From: Macrostomum lignano
Lineage: Eukaryota
Direction of reading: 5' to 3'
DNA: 64,000 bases
NCBI GenBank assembly: GCA_002269645.1
Contig: NIVC01003166.1
Coordinates: forward strand, 75,859 to 139,858
Of the stretch, positions 56,551-64,000 are shown piece by piece. Below the pieces are notes generated by a model. The model ran no database searches. It had not been told where the DNA came from and was given only the letters and a program-made list of their open reading frames with translations. Within the stretch, counting starts at the first letter, position 1. Each line of letters begins with the position of its first letter. Both the position numbers and the translations under genes were made by a program.

Positions 56551-59500
56551 ATGAAGCTCATTCTTCTGCTGCTGTGCACTATATTAGAAGTTCCGCTTGC
56601 CATGACCGTCCACATCCAGTTCATGGCAGTCGAACTGCGCAGCATCTCGACTCCAGCTGCCATGGAGTCGGCGCCAGGACTCGGCAGGATGAAGTGCGCC
56701 GAGCTCTGCTCTGTGAGGCCCGCCTGCTTCGGCTTCAGCTGGCTGCAGGGTCTGTGCCGGCTCTTTGACTGGCTGGCGTTCAGCAGCACGGATGGCTGGC
56801 AGTTCTCGGAGTCATGCGATGTGTACGCCAGGATTGACGGTAAGACGGCATGCACCCAGTATTAAGAAATTTACTAATTTACTTTTACGATTTCATATTG
56901 TTGATGTAACCGCCCTTGTCGCCTGTCCGCTCCTATTGAGAGACGAACGCTTGGCTAGAGGGGGCAATGACCGTAGGCTGCCTATGACCGGGCAACGACC
57001 TGACGGACCTCCAGCACCAGACTGTCCCGCCCACATGATTAGTAGCTTTGGTAGCGCTTCGTGACCAGAGGGCCAAGGACCCACATGGACCCCACCTGTA
57101 GCCAAGGTGCATTAGTTGGTCACTCGGTCATGATATGACCGAGTGGCTGCCACCACTCTATGTGACCTGGCGCACCTGGATCTTTCTACCAGACCTCTCG
57201 AGGCTAGAGCCCCGCCTGGATTGGTTACCAGGGGATTTAGGCTAACAGGGGAGACACATGCAGCCGAGTACAGGGACTCTGCTTGGGGCATGATCGGGAA
57301 CTCTGGGCTCAATCCTGGAGGATTTCTCAGCAGGGGATCCTTTGTGGCTGTGAGCGAGGCTGACTTGCGACTTTGATTACTAAAAGTAGTATGAGTCGAA
57401 CATATACTGTCTATAGTTTAGATTGCTCAGGGCGAAGGGACGCGTTAGCATGGGGTTGCAACCTTCCTACTGCCATTCTGTGCCAAGACTCGCTAATCCA
57501 TCGACTGCACGCACACGCGGCCCCGCAGCACGCACTCACAGGCGGGCGTTGCACGGGGAGAGGCCATTAGCTTACCCAGACTTCCTTATGCTTTGCCACC
57601 CCGGGAGAAAGGCTTAGCAAGCCATGAGTTAAATGATGGTGAAAGATTGAATAATGATGGAGTTAGTTAATAGTTAATAATTAGGCCCTTAGGCGAACAA
57701 TTAGGCAATTAGGCGGCTTCACTATTGAGTAAAATACAGCAAGAGATACGGTATCACAATTGGCTCAGCTCTCTAATCAGACAAAGGGAAATAGGCAAAC
57801 CCCGGATAAGCAAAGGCAATTAGAGCACAAATTAGTAACAGGAACTTACCGGCAGCTGCACAGAGAGAGAGAGAGGCGTAGTGACCGGTGGCGGCTGTAG
57901 GCTGCAGTCAGGCAGACAGTGAAGCGGCGATGCGCTGGAGCGACGAGGCGCTGATGTAGATCAGGCGATGCTGATGATGCTGGGCGGGATCAGACCGCTG
58001 GCCGATAGGCGAGCTCACTTGGGGAGCTAAGGATAACTTGGCGGTAACAGACCGCGGACCGGCAGGGATTCGCCTTATAGACGAATAGGTCAGAACTCAG
58101 TCTGACAACAAGTCCCGGAAAGGGGGAAACGAAGAAAGTGTGAGGATTCTCATGCCGAAATCGCTTCCTTTTTTAGAACTCACAGCCGCCTCCTCAAGGT
58201 CGTTACCATGGCTCCCTCTCTCTGATTGGCTGCCGGCAAAATGACGTCAGAATGAGTCATGATGAGAAGCATGAGACCGGCATAGCAACATGAGAAATCG
58301 GGAAATTGCGCAATCCGGAGGTGGGGTGGGGGGGATAATTGGCGCAGCGAAGGGGTCGCGAAAGTGTTGCGCAAGCAAACATTGAGAACAATAGGGCTGG
58401 GGTCGAGAACAAAGGAATTGGAAAACGGGGATAATTGGGGAGAACTAAGAACAATGGAAAAGTAAACATTGGGGAAAAGGTGATAATTAGGTGCGAAAAC
58501 GAGAACAAAAGAAAGAGAAAATCGGAGAAAATGTGATAATTGGTGGGGGTCGAGAGAACAAAAGAATCAAAAACGAGAACAATAGAAGCGGAGGTGGGGT
58601 GGGTGTCGCATGAGAAATTTGGGAAGGAGAACAATAGCGTGAGAAAAGGTTGCGCAAGAGAGGGGGATGAGTCATCGATGAGTCATCGGGAGGAAGAAGG
58701 GGTCACACGACTTGCGTCACCGTTTGGGAGTTTGGGAGGGGATGGGGAGACGGTGAGCACACAAAATACTGTAAGTAGACACAGGGAAAGAGGGGACAGC
58801 GCAGGAAAAGAGTGCAGAGGCAGACAAAAAGAGGGGAGATAGGGAAAGTACAGGAAGAATAGGGCGGAAAACAGAAGAGATAGGGTAGAGGGGGAGGTAC
58901 AGAAAGAGGTAGGGGGCTCCGGAAAGGCAGGTGTGGCGGCAGGGGAGACGGGACCAAGGCAGCAGGGGGGTGCAGCAGAGCGGGAGTCTCCAGGCCCGGT
59001 CGGAGACCTGGCCGAGTCTCGACAGCTCTGCGCAGAGGGTGCACGGGATAGGAGGCACTTTCGAAAAAGTTCCCATGCCCTATCCCGCGACCAGAGCGTC
59101 GTTACATCATTGTGCAATATTGCTTCAGCTTCAGATGGAAAGCTTGTGGAACAGGTACTTTGACCGCAAATAATTTCCAGACTCGCAGCCGCCTACTCAG
59201 CTAAAACTCGAAAGCTGCTCGCAGAGTTCAACGTACGGGTCGAACGTTTGCGGACGAGCAATTGACGGAAACCGGAACCAAAAATACGGTGCAGGCTCCT
59301 GCGCTCACACCGGAATAAAGCCGTTCGAATGGTGGGAGGGGCAGCTGGCCGCTCCATCGCTTGTCTCTTACGTCACCATCTACAACAGGCAGGACTGCTG
59401 CGCTGAGCGACTCAACAAATTCTCGCTGCAGGTGGACGGCGTCGAGTGCAACCGAGTGAGCCTGACGGTGCCGTTCTCCGTGGCCAACTTCAGCTGCAAC

Positions 59501-59581
59501 GCCTTCGGCAGCCGAGTTCGGGTGACAAACCTGCTCAGCGAGTACCTTACCATTTGCGAGATCGAGGCTTACAGGCTGTAG
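56551..59581 (+). CDS. Secreted PAN/apple-like + F-type lectin (fucolectin) protein, copy 1, intact, 229 aa
   Basis: Exons 56551-56839 and 59181-59581 (phase 1, 690 nt). Signal peptide MKLILLLLC; PAN-like CAELC...CFGF...CRLF; F-type lectin domain with QSS, AIDGN, the fucose-binding signature H-X26-R-Q-D-CCAE-R, and ICEIEAY. Confidence 0.85.
56902..59109. mobile_element. 2.2-kb probable solo LTR (Gypsy-like) in the intron of lectin copy 1
   Basis: Ends TGATGTAAC (56902) and GTTACATCA (59109) form a 9-bp inverted repeat with TG...CA; 4-bp TSD TTGT at 56898-56901 and 59110-59113. Absent from the homologous introns of copies 2 and 3. Confidence 0.78.
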
Positions 59582-60287
59582 CTGAGCTGGTGGTTGCGAG
59601 TGGCCTCGGCAACCTCGACTGCAACTGCAGAATGGAACTGAAAGCAGTGAATTTGAGAAACTGAACTGCTGCAATGAAAACCGGAGCAATCAATAAAACT
59701 TTCAGTCTTCTGTAGGAACCTTCAAGCATTCGAAAATGAATATGTCTTGCGGCTTGGAAGTTTCGATTTTTGTTGCTTTACGTATGGGACCTCAGAAAGC
59801 AGTTGGCTAGTCATGACTTATTTTAGATGAAAAAAGCACAGACAATTTATAAATAGTTGGAAGTCCTTAGTCCCAAGGTTCTGTGTGAACATAGCGACAA
59901 CAAGCCTACACACGGCTGTCACAGTTAATATTTACAGTTAAAATCTTGCTAGGTTTTGCCTAAAAGCTGAGACATCGAAATTGTGTACACATTTGATGTT
60001 TCCAGCATCAAGATATTTTTCGCGCGGCTTGTTTACACAGCAAAACAGCCCGCCAATCACACTCACTAGCTTTGTATCTTCCTTCATTGTTGATGAGAAA
60101 ACTAACGGCTATGCTTCCACAGGCAAAGTCGAAATGAAGCAAGCGGTTTCTCCAGTCTGGAAAAGCGAAATATAGTGTCAATAATCAATAAAGTTGTCGC
60201 TCCTTGCGGAAAAGTCTAAGCTCTATAAATCAACCGTTTGCTTCCGCTGAAACACTGACAAGCTGGCACTAGCTTCTGCTAGCTAAG

Positions 60288-61095
60288 ATGAAGCTAATTC
60301 TGCTGGTTTTGCTTTGCTCTGCGTTGGAATTTTAATTGGCCATGAGCGTTCAACTCCAATTCAAGGTGGTCAAACTGCGCAGCACCTCGACTCCAGTTGC
60401 CATGGCGACCCTGCCTGGCAGAGATTCAATGAACTGCGCCACGCTGGGTGCTTTGAGGCCCGCCAGCTTCGGCTTCAGCTGGCTGCAGGGTCTGTGCCGG
60501 CTCTTTGACTGGCTGGCGTTCAGCAGCACGGATGGCTGGCAGGCCTCGGAGTCATGCGATGTGTACGCCAGGATTGTCGGTAAGAGGTCATGCACCAGTA
60601 TTAGGAACTTGACTAATTCACTCGGTGTAAATTATTTATGAGCATTAATAATCCTATAGTTTAGTGACAAGCTCCTGGTGCAATTAGTAGTACTTTGGCC
60701 GCAAATAATTTCCAGACTCAGCCCTAAACTCAGCTAAAATTCGAAAGCAGCAAGCAGAGCTCAACGATCGTCTCGTGCGTTTGCGGACGAGCAATTGACG
60801 GAAACAGGAACCAAGATTACATGCACTTGTCCTGAACCCATACCGAAAACAACCCGTTCGAATGGTGGGAGGGGCAGCTGGCAGCTCCATCGCTTGTCTC
60901 TTTCATCACTGCTGCGCTGAACTACTCAACAAATTCTCGCTGCAGGTGGACGGCGTCGAGTGCAACCGAGTGAGCCGGACAAAGTCGTTCTTCGTGGCCA
61001 ACTTCAGCTGCAACGCCTTCGGCAGCCGAGTTCGATTCAGCGTGCTCAGCCAGTACCTGGTCATTTGCGAGATCGAGGCTTACAGGCTTAGCTGA
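60288..61095 (+). pseudogene. PAN + F-type lectin copy 2 (pseudogene)
   Basis: Exons 60288-60579 and 60716-61095. In-frame TAA at 60333-35, two PAN cysteines lost, a frameshift at the start of exon 2, and a deletion removing the YNRQD fucose-binding residues. Confidence 0.82.
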
Positions 61096-61574
61096 GGTGG
61101 TGGCGAATCGCCATGGCAACCTCGAGTGCATCTGCACAATGGAACTGCACAAATGTCATCTGAAAAACTGAATGGCTGTGATGTAAACCAGAGCAACCAA
61201 TAAACTTGAAATATTTTTTTAGATCCCTTCAAGCATTCAAAAAATGAGTTATGCTTTGCGATTAGAATGTATTGATTTCTGTTGCTTTGGGTGTGAGACC
61301 TCAGAAAGCTTTTGGCTAGCCATGACTCGGTTTTTAATTGAACAGCACTGATATTTATTTATTACTTGGAAGTTCTTAATCCTCAGGCTGTGTGGATGAT
61401 TACAATTTCATCCATAAAGCACAGCTGCTGATGGAGAAGAGCCACGCTCCACTCCAGTGAATCGAGTTACTTCTCATCGGAGAGTTCCAGAGATGTCATC
61501 TCGAGTAAGTCAAATGATCATTATATTTTCATTCTACGCTTTCGACAAAAACATGAGCTAAATTTGAAGGCCAA

Positions 61575-61660
61575 ATCCAAATGGTATGGTGGGAGGGGCA
61601 GCTGGCCGCTCCATCGCTTGTATCTTTTGTCTTCATCTACAACAGGCAGGACTGCATGAT
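61575..61660 (+). pseudogene. Isolated F-type lectin exon fragment
   Basis: TGGTGGGAGGGGCAGCTGGCCGCTCCATCGCTTG...TACAACAGGCAGGACTGC, nearly identical to copy 1. Confidence 0.75.
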
Positions 61661-61884
61661 TTTCATTCGAGTGCAGAGGATTAAATATATTGAAATTAGA
61701 AAATTGAAGCAACATAGATGACAGTTTGAGAATCCTATTGACTCGTGCATAAGTTTCTACCAGTATATAAACCAAAAGACACTACTTCTTAACCAGCCCA
61801 CTTGAGCAAGCAGTGGCCCAGTTCGTTCATAAACAGTTTCTTATACAGATAAACTGACACAGAAATGACTGATAAAATTTGGAT

Positions 61885-61973
61885 TTTCCCATTGAATTCT
61901 TAAACTAATTTAGAGCCTCCGGGAACGCCATCGCACAACCCCTCCAGTTAAAGGTGGGCTCACCAATCATGCT
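61885..61973 (+). mobile_element. Helitron PIF1-type helicase fragment
   Basis: With small frameshifts, translates to FPIEFLN*LEPPGTPSHNLQLKVGSPIML, matching the conserved PxEFLNxLxPxGxPPHxLxLKVGxPIML motif. Confidence 0.68.
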
Positions 61974-62519
61974 AACCTCCTCCCCCCCCAATCGGCTGGC
62001 AAAGCATGTGGCGCCTCCATTCCAGCAGGCTTGCCCCCCCCCCTGAGACGTGTCCCTCAATCAGAAATATTGCCTATTTGCCCCTGATGCTACTGTGCAG
62101 TTTCAATGCCCCCCTCAAAGTTATTTACTGGCGCCAGGCTAATTGTCGTCCCCGAATTCCCACGGGGCTATCACAGAGTCATGACTGAATTTCTGTTCGC
62201 TACCTTGTTTACTTTCTCCTGCCTAAGAATTTGATGCTGAGTGCTAGAGCTGCTAATTTGAATTCAGCCTATCACGAATTTGAGATGCATTGCCGAAAAA
62301 AGAAATGAACGACAATTTGATGCTTGGAAGCAAAAAGCCTCAACTTTCAGCAAGCGGAATTTTTAGACATCTTGGAATAAAGCACGAGTTTCAGTCCAGG
62401 TGTGTAGCCAAGACTCAAGGCCATTGAAGATAAAAGGGAAGATTTTGCAAGTTCCCATAATATAAGAGGAAAGAGAAAAGTAGCCTGTTCCTTACAAACT
62501 AAAGCTTTTCAACTTGGAA

Positions 62520-63336
62520 ATGGGCCAAGAACGCCTACTTTTACTGCTAATTCTCTTTGCGATCGCAGTTTCTGTTGTCATGGCGACGCCGATGGTGTAC
62601 TCGGCAGTTCGAATGCACAGCATCTCGACTCCAGCTGCCATGGAGTCGGCGCCAGGACTCGGCAGGATGAAGTGAGGCCCGCCTGCTTCGGCTTCAGCTG
62701 GCTGCAGGGTCTGTGCCGACTCTTTGACTGGCTGGCGTTCAGCAGCACGGATGGCTGGCAGGTCTCGGAGTCATGCGATGTGTACACCAGGATGGTCGGT
62801 AAGACGGCATACACCTTGTGTTGAGAATTTGACTAATTCACTCTGTGCGAATTCATGGTGTGCATTATTCATATTGCTTAACTTTTTAAAGGTGGCAGTC
62901 GTGGAACAGGTATTTTGACCGCAAATAATTTCCAGACCAGCCCGCCAACTCAGCTAAAACTCGAAAGCTGCTCGTAGAGCTCAACGTCTTGGTTGGCGTT
63001 TGTGAACGAGCAATTGACAGAAACAGGAACCAAAACTACCGTGCAGGCTCCTGCGCCCACACCAGAAAAAATCTGTTCGAATGGTGGGAGGGGCAGCTGG
63101 CCGCTCCATCGCTTGTCTCTTACGTCACCATCTACAACAGGCAGGACTGCTGCGCTGAGCGGCTCAACAAATTCTCGCTGCAGGTGGACGGCGTCGAGTG
63201 CAACCGAGTGAGCCTGACGGTGCCGTTCTCCGTAGCCAACTTCAGCTGCAACGCCTTCGGCAGCCGAGTTCGGGTGACAAACCTGCTCAACGAGTACCTG
63301 GCATCTGCGAGATCGAGGCTTACAGGCTGTAGCTGA
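62520..63336 (+). pseudogene. PAN + F-type lectin copy 3 (pseudogene)
   Basis: Exons 62520-62798 and 62936-63336. A 19-bp deletion between GTG microhomologies creates a TGA stop after GRMK; DG is changed to DR; there is a late frameshift in exon 2. Confidence 0.82.
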
Positions 63337-63671
63337 GCTGGTGGTTGCGAGTGGCCTCGAAACCTCGACTGCAACTGCAGAATGGAACTGCGGCAGTGAA
63401 TTTGAGAAACTGAACTGCTGCAATGAAAACCGGAGCAATCAATAAAACTTTAAGTCTTTGTGACTGAAGGAACCTTTAAGCATTCGAAAATGGATATGTC
63501 TTGCGGCTTGGAAGTTTCGATTTTTGTTGTTTTACGTATGGGACCTCAGAAAGCAATCATGAATCAGTGTAGATGATTGCGATTTCATTCAGAATGCTGA
63601 TTAATCGGGCTTCTCTGAGTCAGGATTTTTTGAGATGTCATCTTGATTAAGTAATAAAGTAGTTTTTTATT

Positions 63672-63950
63672 CTACCCTATTGACACAAACAGGAACCGAA
63701 TCCAAAAATTAAGTCGAAATCGAATTGTGGGAGGTGCAGATCCATCGCTTGTCTCTTACAACAGGCTGGACAGCAGACTGGCCGACTCAACGAGTTCTCC
63801 CTGCAGGTGGACGGCGTCGAGTGCAACCGAGTGAACATGACAGAGTCGTTAATCGTGGCCAACTTCAGATGCAACGCGTTCGGCAGCCGAGTTCGAACTG
63901 TTACCTTCGTAAACTTCCCGTAACAATTTGCCAGCTTGAGGCCTACCTAA
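63672..63950 (+). pseudogene. Degenerate F-type lectin exon fragment (copy 4)
   Basis: Retains CTGCAGGTGGACGGCGTCGAGTGCAACCGAGTG and GTGGCCAACTTCAG...TTCGGCAGCCGAGTTCG, with deletions elsewhere. Confidence 0.78.
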
Positions 63951-64000
63951 CCAATGCAAGGGATAAAATACATTCAAAGTTAGAAAATAATACCAACGTA

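Overview
Eukaryotic genomic DNA with spliced GT-AG genes whose introns are mostly filled by different minisatellites (about 24 kb of tandem repeat by my hand estimate). The style of GC-rich exons with poly-Q/A/G tracts and minisatellite-filled introns suggests a free-living flatworm such as Macrostomum; this is inference only. Genes reconstructed by hand: dymeclin (6 exons, intact, 832 aa); a 3-exon protein with four LxGxPW-type repeats; two tandem acyl-CoA thioesterase 8 (ACOT8/TesB) paralogs, only the second ending in PTS1 -SKL; a class A GPCR nested antisense in intron 2 of the second paralog; a 5-exon uncharacterised gene; and a cluster of secreted PAN/apple + F-type lectin genes (1 intact, 2 pseudogenes, 2 fragments). 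Mobile DNA: a decayed mariner, a 2.2-kb solo LTR, LINE and Helitron remnants, two tRNA-like SINE copies and a 729-bp insertion between 25-bp direct repeats. Most striking observations: (i) a 236-bp insertion inside the mariner with inverted ends and a 9-bp target duplication that carries a divergent antisense copy of LSU rRNA domain IV (helix 69 region, with a compensatory base change); (ii) a symmetric 309-nt exon enclosed by two about 0.9-kb inverted arrays of the same 20-bp minisatellite. No database searches were run; all alignments are by eye.
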